From Pseudomonadota bacterium (GTDB lineage: Bacteria; Pseudomonadota; Alphaproteobacteria; Sphingomonadales; Sphingomonadaceae), in the NCBI GenBank assembly GCA_023458055.1, contig JAEXAW010000084.1:140468-204467 (forward strand): a stretch of 64,000 nucleotides of DNA. Reading direction: 5' to 3'. The notes beneath the pieces were generated by a model that had not been told where the DNA came from, did no database searches, and was given only the letters and a program-made list of their open reading frames with translations. Every line of letters begins with the position of its first letter. Positions within the stretch are counted from its first letter, which is position 1. Both the position numbers and the translations under genes were made by a program. Positions 39,604-50,444 of the stretch are shown here, one piece after another.

Positions 39604-42600
39604 ATGAGGATCATCAGCAAATTCTTGGTGACCACCGCAATCCTGGCACTCGCGGCTCCGGCATGGGCACAAGATAGCACGCCGGAACAAGCGGCGGCAC
39701 AAGAAACTGAAGACGCCATTGTCGTCGTCGGCACCCAGATCAAGGGCAGCAAGATTACCGAGGCGCTCCCCGTTACGGTTGTCAGCACGGAAGAAATCGC
39801 CAATACGGCGGCGGCTTCTGGGGACGAACTGTTCCGCTCGATCCCGCAAATGGGCGATGTCAGCTTCAACTCAAGCTATTTGCCCAATAGCTCCAACTCG
39901 GCGCGCGGCGATGTGGGTTCGGTCAACCTGCGCAACCTTGGCGTCGGCAACACGCTGACCCTCCTCAATGGCCGCCGCGTGGTGTGGCACCCGACCAGCC
40001 GCGCGGACGATAATCTGGTGCCGGTCCTCACCTACAATACCAATGCGATTCCCGTATCCGGCGTCGAACGCCTCGAAGTGCTGCGCGATGGCGCTGCGGC
40101 CATTTACGGGTCGGACGCGGTCGCGGGCGTGGTCAACACGGTGCTGCGCAATAATTTCGATGGTGGCGAGCTGACGCTGCAATATGGCTTGGCTGAAAAC
40201 ACCCATCTCACCGAATTCAACGCCAACGCGATCCTTGGCCATAATTTCGGTGGCGGGCGCGGTAACGTGACTCTGTTCGTCGATTATACCGACCGTTCGG
40301 CATTGAAGGCGTGGGATCAGGACTATACGAGCTCCGCCAACCGTACCGACCTGTTTGCCGGGACGCGCTTCGAAGGGGCTACCTCGCTCGACGGACGTAG
40401 CACGATTACGCCGTGGGGATCGTTCACGACCGTGGGTAATCGCCGCGTCCAGATCGGCACCAATTCGCTCACCAGTGCCTCGGGACAGTTCCATATCCAG
40501 CCTGCTACCAACGCGGGGTGCCAGGTCGGGCTCGGCAATGGGCTATGCATGGATGATGGCACCAACGCGGCGGTCGTGGACCGCAATCTGCGTTTTGATG
40601 CGCCCTATGCCTATAACACCGATGTCATGCCCGCGGTGCAGCGCCTGAACCTGTTCCTCACCAGCCGGTATGAGCTTTCCGACGGGCTAGAATTGTTCGG
40701 CGAAGCGGGCTTTTACCGCGCAGAAACGGATAGTTTTCAGGGGCCGACCGGCACGCTCAGCTCCGGCCCGATTGTGGTTCCGGCGAGCAATTACTGGAAC
40801 CCGTTTGGCCCGACGACCCTGAATGGTGCGGCCAATCCCCGCCGTATCCCGGGGATCAACGCGCCCGCAGCAGGCCTCCCTGTCACCATTTCCAGCTTCA
40901 ATTTTGCCGATGTCGGCCCCAACCTCGTCAATGTGAAGAACCAGCAGTTCCGCCTGCTCGGCGGCTTGCGGTTTGAAGGCTTGGGCTTTGATTGGGAATC
41001 GGCGCTGGTCTATTCCGAAGCGAGCGTGCGCGACCGCTCGGACGGCATCAGTGCCACGCTGCTCCAGCGCCAACTCGCGCTGTCGACGCCCGATGCCTAT
41101 AATGTATTCAACGGCGGCAATCTTGCCGACCCGTCGGGCGCGGATGCGACGTTCAATAGCCAAGCGGCAATTGATGCGATCAAAGTTCAAACGACCCGCC
41201 GTAGCAAAACCTCGCTCGCCATGTGGGACATCAAGGGCAGCAAGCCCGATCTGTTCGCGCTTCCCGCTGGCGATGTCGGCCTCGCCATTGGCGGCGAGGT
41301 GCGGCGCGAAACCCAGTTCGATGATCGCGACGACCGCCTCGATGGCACCATCACCTTCACCGACAGCGTGACCGGCTTCGTTAACGGGAGCGACCTTGTA
41401 GGTTCCAGCCCGTCGCCAGACACCAAGGGCAAGCGCACCGTCGCAGCTGCCTATGCCGAGCTTGCCATCCCGCTTGTATCGCCGGAAATGGACATTCCGC
41501 TGGTGCACCGTTTCGACCTGCAACTCGCGGGACGTTTCGAACATTATAGTGATGTCGGCTCGGTCGCGAAGCCCAAGGTCGCAGCAGCCTGGGATCTGGT
41601 CGATGGCGTGCGCCTGCGTGGCTCCTATTCGGAAGGCTTCAAGGCTCCGAACCTTGAACAGCTCAACGCAACGCTCGTCACGCGCTCCAATACGCGCACC
41701 GATTATTTGCGGTGTGAAGCGCAGTTGCGCACCGGGGCGATCACCAGCTTTGCCAATTGCAGCCAAGGCGCCGCCACCACCGCACAGCGTTCGGGCAATC
41801 CCGATCTCAAGCCTGAAACATCGAAGAGCTGGACGGTCGGCGTGGTACTCCAGCCGCGCTTCCTTGAAGACAGCATCGGCCGCGTGGTATTCACTGCCGA
41901 TTATTGGAATATCAAGCAAAAGGGCATTGTCGGCCTGTTCGGTGAGGGCAATGCGCTGATCAACGATTATCTGCTCCGCACGCAGGGACAGACCGATCCC
42001 AATGTTGTCCGCGCCGATCCGACTGCGGAAGATATTGCGCTGTTCGCCGGCTCGGGCCTAACACCAGCAGGTCGGGTGCTTTATGTCCGCGATCAATATG
42101 TGAACCTGTTGCCGCAGGAAGTTTCAGGCATCGACTTCGGCCTCAACTGGCGCACGCCGGAAACCGGAATCGGGCGGTTCAACCTTGCGGTCAATGTCGC
42201 TTACCTCAAGAAATTCTTCCTTCAGCCGTCACCGCCGATCCAGACATTGCTTGATGCGCGCGCGGCGGGGACGATCAACCCCGGAACCGTGATCGCCGAG
42301 CAAGGCGATCTCGTGCGCCGCAACGGCAAGCCGCGCTGGAAATGGAATGCGTCGCTCACCTGGGATATTCACAAGCAGGTGCAGATCGGCGCTTATACGC
42401 AATATACCGGGTCGGTTGAGGAAACCGCGCTGCGCGACAGTGCGGGCGCCAACTGGCTGATTGATGATACGCTGACCGCCAATCTTTATGTCCAGTTCAA
42501 GGCGGGCGACAATTATCGCTTCCGCGTCGGCGCGCGCAACATCACCAATGAAAAGCCGCCGCTGTCGTCCGATGGTTATCTTGGCAGCCTTTACAATCCC

Positions 42601-42642
42601 TATGGACGTTATTGGTATGCCAATGTCCGTGTCGGTTTTTAA
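39604..42642 (+). CDS. TonB-dependent receptor
   Basis: 1012 aa. Signal peptide, plug region (DAIVVVGT...), and a C-terminal beta-barrel ending ...YWYANVRVGF. Confidence 0.93.
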   Translation: MRIISKFLVTTAILALAAPAWAQDSTPEQAAAQETEDAIVVVGTQIKGSKITEALPVTVVSTEEIANTAAASGDELFRSIPQMGDVSFNSSYLPNSSNSARGDVGSVNLRNLGVGNTLTLLNGRRVVWHPTSRADDNLVPVLTYNTNAIPVSGVERLEVLRDGAAAIYGSDAVAGVVNTVLRNNFDGGELTLQYGLAENTHLTEFNANAILGHNFGGGRGNVTLFVDYTDRSALKAWDQDYTSSANRTDLFAGTRFEGATSLDGRSTITPWGSFTTVGNRRVQIGTNSLTSASGQFHIQPATNAGCQVGLGNGLCMDDGTNAAVVDRNLRFDAPYAYNTDVMPAVQRLNLFLTSRYELSDGLELFGEAGFYRAETDSFQGPTGTLSSGPIVVPASNYWNPFGPTTLNGAANPRRIPGINAPAAGLPVTISSFNFADVGPNLVNVKNQQFRLLGGLRFEGLGFDWESALVYSEASVRDRSDGISATLLQRQLALSTPDAYNVFNGGNLADPSGADATFNSQAAIDAIKVQTTRRSKTSLAMWDIKGSKPDLFALPAGDVGLAIGGEVRRETQFDDRDDRLDGTITFTDSVTGFVNGSDLVGSSPSPDTKGKRTVAAAYAELAIPLVSPEMDIPLVHRFDLQLAGRFEHYSDVGSVAKPKVAAAWDLVDGVRLRGSYSEGFKAPNLEQLNATLVTRSNTRTDYLRCEAQLRTGAITSFANCSQGAATTAQRSGNPDLKPETSKSWTVGVVLQPRFLEDSIGRVVFTADYWNIKQKGIVGLFGEGNALINDYLLRTQGQTDPNVVRADPTAEDIALFAGSGLTPAGRVLYVRDQYVNLLPQEVSGIDFGLNWRTPETGIGRFNLAVNVAYLKKFFLQPSPPIQTLLDARAAGTINPGTVIAEQGDLVRRNGKPRWKWNASLTWDIHKQVQIGAYTQYTGSVEETALRDSAGANWLIDDTLTANLYVQFKAGDNYRFRVGARNITNEKPPLSSDGYLGSLYNPYGRYWYANVRVGF

Positions 42643-44404
42643 GCACGGGCTGCTGTTGGGGCTGGCGGCGGCACTTGCCGCTCCGGCCCTGGCGCAGCAA
42701 GCAATTCCGCCCGCGCCCGCTGCCACCGCTCCCGCCAAGGGCAGCGGCGGGGACATTGTCAGCTATGACCAGATCCACCACCCCGAAATCGGGCGCGGCG
42801 GTATGGTGGTGAGCCAGAACAAGATCGCGACCCGCGTCGGCGTCGAGATTTTGCGCAAAGGCGGTAATGCGGTCGATGCGGCGGTCGCCACCGGCTTTGC
42901 GCTGGCGGTGACCCTGCCGCGCGCGGGCAATGTCGGGGGTGGCGGCTATATGCTGGTGCATATGGCGGCGCAGAATGGCAAGCCGGCCGAAACCATCGCA
43001 ATTGACTATTATGGCGAGGCTCCCGCCGGAACTACCCCCGACCTGTTGCTCGATGCCAACGGTAAGTTCGACAACGCCAAGGGCATGTCGATGAAGGGCG
43101 TCGCGATCCCCGGCACCGTCATGGGCTTGTGGGAAGCGCACCGCCGCTATGGCAAGCTCAAATGGGGCACGCTGATCGCGCCCGCGATTGCGCTGGCCAA
43201 AAAAGGCGTGCCGCTCTCCGACGATGAAGCCGAAGCCCATGCCGACCAGAAAAAGCTGATGGCCGATGATCCGGCGGCGATGGCGATCTTCTTCCGGCGC
43301 GATGGTTCGGCGTGGCAAGCTGGCGACACATTCCGCCAGACCGATCTTGGCTGGACGCTGACCCAGATTGCGAAGAAAGGCCCGGATGGCTTTTATAAGG
43401 GTCCGGTTGCTGACCGCATCGTTGCGGGCATGAAGGCCGGTGGCGGGATCATCACCGCGCAGGATCTGGCCAATTACCGGCCCATCGTGGCGGCACCGAT
43501 CTGGTCAAGTTATCGCGGCAATATAATCGCCTATATGCCGCCCACCGCATCGGGCGTGACCGTTGCCGAAGCGATGAACATCCTTGAACAATTTCCGGTG
43601 AAGCAGATGCAATGGGGGAGCGCCGATGCGGTCCATACCCTCGCCGAGGCCGTCAAGATTGCATCATCCGACCGTCGTTTTGTCGGCGGACTGCCCGACT
43701 GGCGCACGCCCGCCAAGGGCCTTGCCAGCAAAGCTTATGCCGCCGAGCGCGCGAAGCTGATCAAACCGGATCGCAGCCTTGACGCCAAGACCTTGCCCGA
43801 CGGCAATCCCTATCCGCACGAAAGCAAGGATACGACCCATTATTCGGTCGCCGACCAATGGGGCAATGCGGTGAGCAATACCTATACGCTGTCGGCAAGC
43901 TATGGCGCCCATGTGGTTGCGCCCGGCACCGGCGTTCTCCTCAACAATTCGCTCGGCAACCTTGCCTGGGAAAAGCGCGAGGGCGACGACCGGCAGGCGA
44001 CCCTTCCCGTTCCCGGCAAGCGCGTCGGGTCAACCATCACCCCGCTCATCATGTTCAAGGATGAAAAGCCGTGGGTTGTCTCGGGAACCCCTGGCGGTGG
44101 CTATATCATCGCAGCGATGGTCCAGTTGTTGTCCAACGTGGTCGACCATGACCTCAACATCGCCGAAGCTGCGCAGCGCCCGCGTATCAACCAAGGCGGG
44201 GCCAATGCGCCGATTGAATATGAGACCGGCTTTTCGCCCGACCTGTTCCCGCTCCTTGAAAAAAAGGGGCACAAGGTCAAGCCCTCGAACACCATGGGCA
44301 GCATCCAGTCGATCATGGTCGAGCGCCGCGCGGACGGCAGCACGCGTTTTCTCGGTGCCGCTGATACGCGCCGCCCCGATGCGCTTGCCGAAGGCGTAAA
44401 ATAA
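42617..44404 (+). CDS. ggt: Gamma-glutamyltransferase
   Basis: The start at MPMSVSVFKHGLLLGLAAALAAPALA overlaps the receptor's 3' end by 26 nt. Catalytic Thr motif DTTHYSV. Confidence 0.93.
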   Translation: MPMSVSVFKHGLLLGLAAALAAPALAQQAIPPAPAATAPAKGSGGDIVSYDQIHHPEIGRGGMVVSQNKIATRVGVEILRKGGNAVDAAVATGFALAVTLPRAGNVGGGGYMLVHMAAQNGKPAETIAIDYYGEAPAGTTPDLLLDANGKFDNAKGMSMKGVAIPGTVMGLWEAHRRYGKLKWGTLIAPAIALAKKGVPLSDDEAEAHADQKKLMADDPAAMAIFFRRDGSAWQAGDTFRQTDLGWTLTQIAKKGPDGFYKGPVADRIVAGMKAGGGIITAQDLANYRPIVAAPIWSSYRGNIIAYMPPTASGVTVAEAMNILEQFPVKQMQWGSADAVHTLAEAVKIASSDRRFVGGLPDWRTPAKGLASKAYAAERAKLIKPDRSLDAKTLPDGNPYPHESKDTTHYSVADQWGNAVSNTYTLSASYGAHVVAPGTGVLLNNSLGNLAWEKREGDDRQATLPVPGKRVGSTITPLIMFKDEKPWVVSGTPGGGYIIAAMVQLLSNVVDHDLNIAEAAQRPRINQGGANAPIEYETGFSPDLFPLLEKKGHKVKPSNTMGSIQSIMVERRADGSTRFLGAADTRRPDALAEGVK

Positions 44405-44416
44405 GGAAGGATAGCG

Positions 44417-45874
44417 ATGAAACAGCTTTGGATCGGATGCGCGCTGGCGGCGCTGGCACTGGGTGCGACGGGGGCCAATGCTGGCGAATTGCCGGCGTCA
44501 GAGCAGGCTGCGCTGCAATCCTATGTCGATGCGGATGCGAAGGCCCTTGCCGACACCGCGCTCAAAATCTGGCAATGGGCGGAGGTGGGCTATCAGGAAA
44601 ACCAGTCGAGCGCGCTTCTTCAATCGCGGCTCAAAGCGGCGGGCTTCACGGTTGATCAGGGCGTAGCGGGGATGCCGACCGCGTTCGTGGCGCGGTACAA
44701 GCGCGGCAGCGGCGGTCCGGTCATCGGCATGATCGCCGAATATGATGCGCTCCCCGGTCTTGCGCAAAATGCGGTGGGCGAACGCTCGCCGATTGCGGGG
44801 CAGATTGCGGGCCATGCCTGTGGCCATAATGTGTTCGGCGCCGCATCCGTTTCCGCCGCGCTCGCTGTCAAGAAATGGATGGATGCGAACAAGGTCGACG
44901 GCGAATTGCGGCTTTATGGCAGCCCCGCCGAAGAGGGGGGATCGGGCAAAGTCTATCTGGTCCGCGCGGGCCTGTTCAACGATGTCGACACGGTGCTGCA
45001 CTGGCATCCGGGCGATGGCAACGGCGCGAGCCAGGCGCGCAGCCTTGCCAATATCAGCGGCAAGTTCCGTTTCAAGGGCTTTTCTGCCCATGCGTCCGCT
45101 GCGCCCTGGCGCGGGCTATCGGCGCTCGATGGCGTTGAAGTGATGAATGTCGCGGTCAATTATTTACGCGAGCATGTCCCCGACGGCACCCGCATCCATT
45201 ATGTCGTGACCGATGGCGGCAAGGCCCCCAATGTCGTCCCGGATTTCGCCGAAAGCTATTATTATGTGCGCCACGTCGACCCGCAGGTGGTCAAGGACGT
45301 GATGGCGCGGGTGCAAAAGGCAGCGGAAGGCGCAGCGATTGCAACCGGCACAACCTATACGTTCGAGGCAACCGGCGGGGTTTATTCGATGCTCCCCAAT
45401 GCAACACTGGCGAATGTGATGGACCGCAATCTGCGCAGCGTCAAATGGGAGCCGTTCACCCCCGGCGAGCAAGCCTTTGCCCGCGATATCCAGAAAACGC
45501 TGACGACCAAAAAGACGCTCGCCAGCGCGACCGAAATTGGCCAGGTGAAGATCGGTGAAAATGGCGGCGGCTCGACCGACGTTGCGGACATTAGCTGGAC
45601 TGTCCCGACCGTTGGCCTTGGCACCGCCGTATGGGTGCCGGGGACGCCCGCGCATAGCTGGCAGGCGGTCGCCGCATCAGGCTCAAGCTATGGCATGAAA
45701 GGCGGTGTGGTTGCCGCCAAGACGCTGGCCCTCACCACCGCCGAACTGTTCCGCTCGCCTGACGTCATTGCGGCGGCCAAAGCGGAATTCCTCAAGGAGC
45801 GCGGCCCCGATTTCAAATATCAGGCAATGGTCGGCGACCGCAAACCGCCGCTGGATTATCGCAAGACGGATTAG
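44417..45874 (+). CDS. Secreted M20-family amidohydrolase (AbgB-like)
   Basis: 485 aa with a signal peptide. Metal-ligand regions HACGHN and GSPAEEGG. Confidence 0.85.
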   Translation: MKQLWIGCALAALALGATGANAGELPASEQAALQSYVDADAKALADTALKIWQWAEVGYQENQSSALLQSRLKAAGFTVDQGVAGMPTAFVARYKRGSGGPVIGMIAEYDALPGLAQNAVGERSPIAGQIAGHACGHNVFGAASVSAALAVKKWMDANKVDGELRLYGSPAEEGGSGKVYLVRAGLFNDVDTVLHWHPGDGNGASQARSLANISGKFRFKGFSAHASAAPWRGLSALDGVEVMNVAVNYLREHVPDGTRIHYVVTDGGKAPNVVPDFAESYYYVRHVDPQVVKDVMARVQKAAEGAAIATGTTYTFEATGGVYSMLPNATLANVMDRNLRSVKWEPFTPGEQAFARDIQKTLTTKKTLASATEIGQVKIGENGGGSTDVADISWTVPTVGLGTAVWVPGTPAHSWQAVAASGSSYGMKGGVVAAKTLALTTAELFRSPDVIAAAKAEFLKERGPDFKYQAMVGDRKPPLDYRKTD

Positions 45875-45958
45875 GCGGTGCTTGCAACCAAATTCCCTGT
45901 CGGTTGTTGAAAAATCTGACTTCAACACAGCATCATGATTTCTTGGGAAGGACGGACC

Positions 45959-46507
45959 ATGGCCGACAAAAAGAACGAGCATTTTACTGCCACCGCGACG
46001 CTGCGTGCCAATGCACGCAAGAATATTGATGAAGGGCCGGTGACCAAATCCTATCCCGAGGATCGCGAAGTCATTATCGAGCATCTCAACAAATCGCTCG
46101 CCACCGAGTGGGTCTGTGTGCTGCGCTATATGCGCCATTATTTTTCCGCCTCGGGCCTCGTTTCACAACCGATCAAGGCGCATTTCCTTGAGCATGCCAA
46201 GGAAGAGCAGATGCACGCCGACAAGCTGGCCGAACGCATCGTGCAGTTGGGCGGCGAACCCGACCTCAACCCCGCGACGCTGGTCGAGCGTTCGCATGCC
46301 GAATATAAGGAAGGCAAGACGCTCAAGGAAATGCTGACCGAAGACCTCGTCGCCGAACGCATCGCGATCGAGGCCTATCGCGAGCTCATCAACTATATTG
46401 GCGACCGCGACACGACGACCAAGATACTGCTCGAAGGCATTCTCGAACAGGAAGAAGAGCATGCCGACGAATTCCGCGACCTGCTCGCCGGGATGCAGGG
46501 CGAGTAA
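45959..46507 (+). CDS. Ferritin-like (bacterioferritin-related) protein
   Basis: Starts at MADKKNEH after RBS GGGAAGGA. Four-helix-bundle di-iron motifs (EEQMHADKL, EQEEEHADEF). Confidence 0.75.
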   Translation: MADKKNEHFTATATLRANARKNIDEGPVTKSYPEDREVIIEHLNKSLATEWVCVLRYMRHYFSASGLVSQPIKAHFLEHAKEEQMHADKLAERIVQLGGEPDLNPATLVERSHAEYKEGKTLKEMLTEDLVAERIAIEAYRELINYIGDRDTTTKILLEGILEQEEEHADEFRDLLAGMQGE

Positions 46508-46519
46508 GTTCTCGCAGCC

Positions 46520-47803
46520 CTAAGCCAGTTCCACCAAGGTCACCTGATAGCCGTCCTTGCGCAGGGCGGCGATCAGGCGGTTCAAATGGTCGCGGTCGCG
46601 CGTTTCGCATTCGATGTCCGTAATCAGGCCCTTGGCGGGGAGCGTGGTGAAGACGCGCTGGTGGTAGATTTCGATGATGTTGACCTGATGTTCGTCAAAT
46701 GCGCGCATCACTTTGAACAGTGCGCCGGGGCGATCCTGTAGGCGGATACGGAGGCGCGCGAGGCGGCCCGAGCGGGCGAGATCGCGCAGCAGCACGTTCG
46801 CCAGCAACCGCGTGTCGATATTGCCGCCCGACAGGGTCAGCCCGATATTGCGTCCTTCAAACCGGTCCCCATGCGCGAGCAAAGCGGCAAGGCCCGCCGC
46901 GCCGCCGCCTTCGACCACAGTTTTTTCAATCTGGAGGAGCAGGCTCACCGCGCGCTCCAGATGGCGTTCGCCGACCAGCACAATGTCATCCGCCAGCGCC
47001 TCGACGATCTGTGCGGTGAAGGCACCGGGCACCTTGACCGCAATGCCTTCGGCCAGCGTATCGCCTTCGCTCGGCATATCGACATGGTTGATATGCGCAT
47101 ACATGGACGGATAAAGTTCCGCCTGTACGCCATAGAGCGCGATGTCGGGCTTGATCCCCCGGGCGGCCGTGCCCATGCCGGAAAATAATCCGCCGCCGCC
47201 AATCGGGATGATCAGCGTGTCGATCTCGGGCGCATCGGCGAGCATTTCGAGCGCCACCGTCCCCTGCCCCGCCGCCACATTGGGATCATCGAACGGCTGG
47301 ACGAAGGTGAGGCCGCGCTCCTTTTCAATCTCATAGGCGCGCGCCAGCGCTTCATCGAAATTTTCGCCGTGCAGCACAATTTCCGCGCCGTGGCTTTGCG
47401 TCTGATAGACTTTGACCGTTGGCGTGGTGCGCGGCATGACGATGGTGACGGGGACGCCCAGCCGCGCGCCATGATAGGCCAGCCCTTGCGCATGATTGCC
47501 TGCGGACGCGGCGATCACCCCGCGCGCGCGTTGCTCTTCGGGCATCATCAGCAGCGCATTCAGCGCGCCGCGTTCCTTATAGGCCGCGGTGAATTGCTGG
47601 TTTTCAAATTTGAGCCAGACATTGGCGCCGGTCATGTCCGACAGGGTCTTGGAATAAAGTGTCGGGGTGCGCACCACCGCGCCTTCGATGCGGGCGGCGG
47701 CCGCTTTCACATCGTCGAGCGTGAGGCGCGCGAGAGCCTCAGCCTGATTGGTCGTGGCGGGCTTGGTGCCAGTGTTGGCGTCGGCGGCTGATTCTGTATC
47801 CAT
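46520..47803 (-). CDS. ilvA: Threonine ammonia-lyase
   Basis: 427 aa. PLP-lysine region FENQQFTAAYKERGA plus a C-terminal ACT-like regulatory domain. Confidence 0.9.
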   Translation of the reverse strand: MDTESAADANTGTKPATTNQAEALARLTLDDVKAAAARIEGAVVRTPTLYSKTLSDMTGANVWLKFENQQFTAAYKERGALNALLMMPEEQRARGVIAASAGNHAQGLAYHGARLGVPVTIVMPRTTPTVKVYQTQSHGAEIVLHGENFDEALARAYEIEKERGLTFVQPFDDPNVAAGQGTVALEMLADAPEIDTLIIPIGGGGLFSGMGTAARGIKPDIALYGVQAELYPSMYAHINHVDMPSEGDTLAEGIAVKVPGAFTAQIVEALADDIVLVGERHLERAVSLLLQIEKTVVEGGGAAGLAALLAHGDRFEGRNIGLTLSGGNIDTRLLANVLLRDLARSGRLARLRIRLQDRPGALFKVMRAFDEHQVNIIEIYHQRVFTTLPAKGLITDIECETRDRDHLNRLIAALRKDGYQVTLVELA

Positions 47804-47876
47804 GTCCCCCGCCTAATCCCATCTGCGCGCAATGTCATCTGGCGCATCGCGTCAAGGCTGGTTATGAGCATCGTCC

Positions 47877-48743
47877 ATGACAAATATCGCCTTCATCGGA
47901 ACCGGCGTGATGGGAGGCCCCATGGCGGGCCATCTGGTCAAGGCCGGTCACAGCCTCACCGTTTACAACCGCACCCGCGCCAAAGCGGAAAAATGGGTCG
48001 AAACCTATGGCGGAACGGTTGCCGACAGCCCCGAAGCGGCGGTCAAGGAAGCTGACGTCGTGATCAGCTGCGCCGGCAATGACGATGATTTGTGGTCGAT
48101 TACCCTGGGCCGCGATGGCGCGTTCAAGGCGATGAAAAAGGGCGCATTATTTATCGATCATGCCACCGTTTCGGCGCAGATTGCCCGCCAGCTTTCGGTT
48201 GAAGCCGACTCGCTCGGATTGCTGTTCGTCGATGCGCCAGTCTCGGGCGGCGAAGCGGGCGCGGTCAACGGCACCCTCTCGATCATGTGCGGCGGCAAGC
48301 CCAAGGCGATCGAGGCCGCGCGCCCCATCATGGAGGCCTATTCCTCGCGCATCACCCATATCGGCGGCCCCGGCGCTGGCCAGACCTGCAAAATGGTCAA
48401 CCAGATCGCGATTGCGGGCGTGTTGCAGGGCTTGTCGGAAGCGCTGCGTTTCGCCCAGGCTGCTGACCTTAATCTCGACCAGGTGTTTGAAGCGGTCTCG
48501 GGCGGCGCTGCGGCGAGCTGGCAGATGAGCAATCGGTGGAAAACCATGGCCGAAGACAAGTTTGATTTCGGTTTTGCGGTCGATTGGATGCGCAAGGATT
48601 TGCAGCTGGCGCTCGACGAAGCGCGCGCCAATGGCGCTACCATCGCGCTCGCAGCGATGGTTGACCAATATTATGCCGATATTCAGAAAATGGGCGGTAG
48701 CCGTCAGGACACCAGTTCGCTCGTGCGGAGATTGCCGAAATGA
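47877..48743 (+). CDS. NAD(P)-dependent oxidoreductase, 3-hydroxyisobutyrate dehydrogenase family
   Basis: 288 aa with the IAFIGTGVMGGPMAGHL Rossmann motif. Confidence 0.88.
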   Translation: MTNIAFIGTGVMGGPMAGHLVKAGHSLTVYNRTRAKAEKWVETYGGTVADSPEAAVKEADVVISCAGNDDDLWSITLGRDGAFKAMKKGALFIDHATVSAQIARQLSVEADSLGLLFVDAPVSGGEAGAVNGTLSIMCGGKPKAIEAARPIMEAYSSRITHIGGPGAGQTCKMVNQIAIAGVLQGLSEALRFAQAADLNLDQVFEAVSGGAAASWQMSNRWKTMAEDKFDFGFAVDWMRKDLQLALDEARANGATIALAAMVDQYYADIQKMGGSRQDTSSLVRRLPK

Positions 48744-50440
48744 AGCTTGCCTCTACTCTATCACTGGGTCTCCTTCTGGCAGGCGTCGCGACCCCGGCGC
48801 TGGCCGATGGCATTGTCGATAATGTCAACGGCGTCACCATGGACAAAAACGGCAAGCTGGTGCGCTTTACCGGGATCATCGTGGGGAGCGACGGCAAGGT
48901 AAAAAAGCTGCTCGACAAGAATGACAAGCGCGACAAAAAGGGCATGAGCTTCATCTTTGATGCCAAGGGCAAGACGTTGATGCCCGGCTTCATCGACGCG
49001 CATGGCCATGTCATGGGGCTCGGCTTCAACGCGATCCTGCTCGACCTTTCGGACACCAACAGCCTTGACGAAGCGCTCGCCAAGACCCGCGAGTTTGCGG
49101 CCAAAAACCCCGATCTGCCGTGGATTTTGGGGCGCGGCTGGAATCAGGAAAAATGGGGGCTGGGGCGCTTTCCAACCGCCGCCGAACTCGACCGCGCGAC
49201 CGGAGGCCGTCCGACCTGGCTCACCCGCATCGACGGCCACGCCGCCTGGGGCAACAGCCAAGCGCTGCGCTCCGCCGGCATCACCGCCGCGACCAAGTCG
49301 CCTGAAGGTGGCCGCATCGAAATGGCGGACGGGCAGCCTTCCGGCGTGTTCGTCGACAATGCGATGAGCCTCGTCGACAAGCATATCCCGCCACCACTCG
49401 CGCGCGATTATGACCGCGCGTTGATCGAGGCGCAGAATATCCTGCTCAAATATGGCATCACCACCGCGACCGACATGGGGACGACGCTACAGGACTGGCA
49501 GGCGCTGCGCCGCGCGGGCGATTATGGCAAGCTGAGGGTCCGCGTGATCTCCTATGCCAATGATATTGGCGACATGGCGATCATCGGCGGCCCCGGCCCC
49601 TCGCCCTGGCTCTATAATGACAAGCTGCGCATGGTGGGCGTGAAGCTCTACCTCGACGGCGCGCTGGGATCGCGCGGGGCGTGGCTCAAGCAAGCCTATG
49701 CCGATGCGCCGGGCAATACCGGCCTGCCGCTCCTCACCTATCAGGCGCTGCGCAACAAGCTGGTGCGCGCGAGCATGGACAAGTTCCAGATCGCCGTCCA
49801 CGCCATCGGGGACCGCGCCAATGATGAAATGCTTGATGCGATTGCGAGCGTTGCGGACAATTATAGCGGCGACCGGCGCTGGCGGATCGAGCATGCGCAA
49901 ATTGTCGATCCGGCGGACATTCCGCGCTTTGGCAAATTTGGCATCATCGCCTCGATGCAGCCGGTGCACGAAACCTCCGACTGGAAAATGGCCGAACTGC
50001 GCCTTGGGCCGAACCGGCTGGCGGGCGATTATGCGTGGAAATCCATAGCCGCGACGGGCGCGCGATTGGCATTCGGATCAGACTTTCCGGTTGAGCATCC
50101 CAACCCGCTGCCCGGTCTTGCCGCCGCGATCAGCCGCGAGGATGCAAGCGGTCAGCCGCCCGGCGGATGGCAGCCTCAGGAAAAGGTCAGCCGCGAGGTC
50201 GCGATTGACGGCTTCACCCGCAGCGCCGCTTTTGCAGGCTTTGCCGAAGACCGGCTGGGCACGCTTGAACCCGGCATGCGCGCAGACTTTGTCCTGCTCG
50301 ACGTCGATCCGATGACCGCGAGCGCAGCGCAAATCCGGGGCGGTAAGGTGCTCGAAACCTGGCTCGACGGCCAACGCGCCTATGTCGCGGGATCGGGCGC
50401 GGGCGCGTCAAACCCGCCCAAACAGCCCGAAGGTCGCTGA
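48740..50440 (+). CDS. Secreted metal-dependent amidohydrolase (Amidohydro_3 type)
   Basis: 566 aa with a signal peptide. GFIDAHGH metal motif. 4-nt overlap with the upstream gene. Confidence 0.85.
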   Translation: MKLASTLSLGLLLAGVATPALADGIVDNVNGVTMDKNGKLVRFTGIIVGSDGKVKKLLDKNDKRDKKGMSFIFDAKGKTLMPGFIDAHGHVMGLGFNAILLDLSDTNSLDEALAKTREFAAKNPDLPWILGRGWNQEKWGLGRFPTAAELDRATGGRPTWLTRIDGHAAWGNSQALRSAGITAATKSPEGGRIEMADGQPSGVFVDNAMSLVDKHIPPPLARDYDRALIEAQNILLKYGITTATDMGTTLQDWQALRRAGDYGKLRVRVISYANDIGDMAIIGGPGPSPWLYNDKLRMVGVKLYLDGALGSRGAWLKQAYADAPGNTGLPLLTYQALRNKLVRASMDKFQIAVHAIGDRANDEMLDAIASVADNYSGDRRWRIEHAQIVDPADIPRFGKFGIIASMQPVHETSDWKMAELRLGPNRLAGDYAWKSIAATGARLAFGSDFPVEHPNPLPGLAAAISREDASGQPPGGWQPQEKVSREVAIDGFTRSAAFAGFAEDRLGTLEPGMRADFVLLDVDPMTASAAQIRGGKVLETWLDGQRAYVAGSGAGASNPPKQPEGR

Positions 50441-50444
50441 AACC

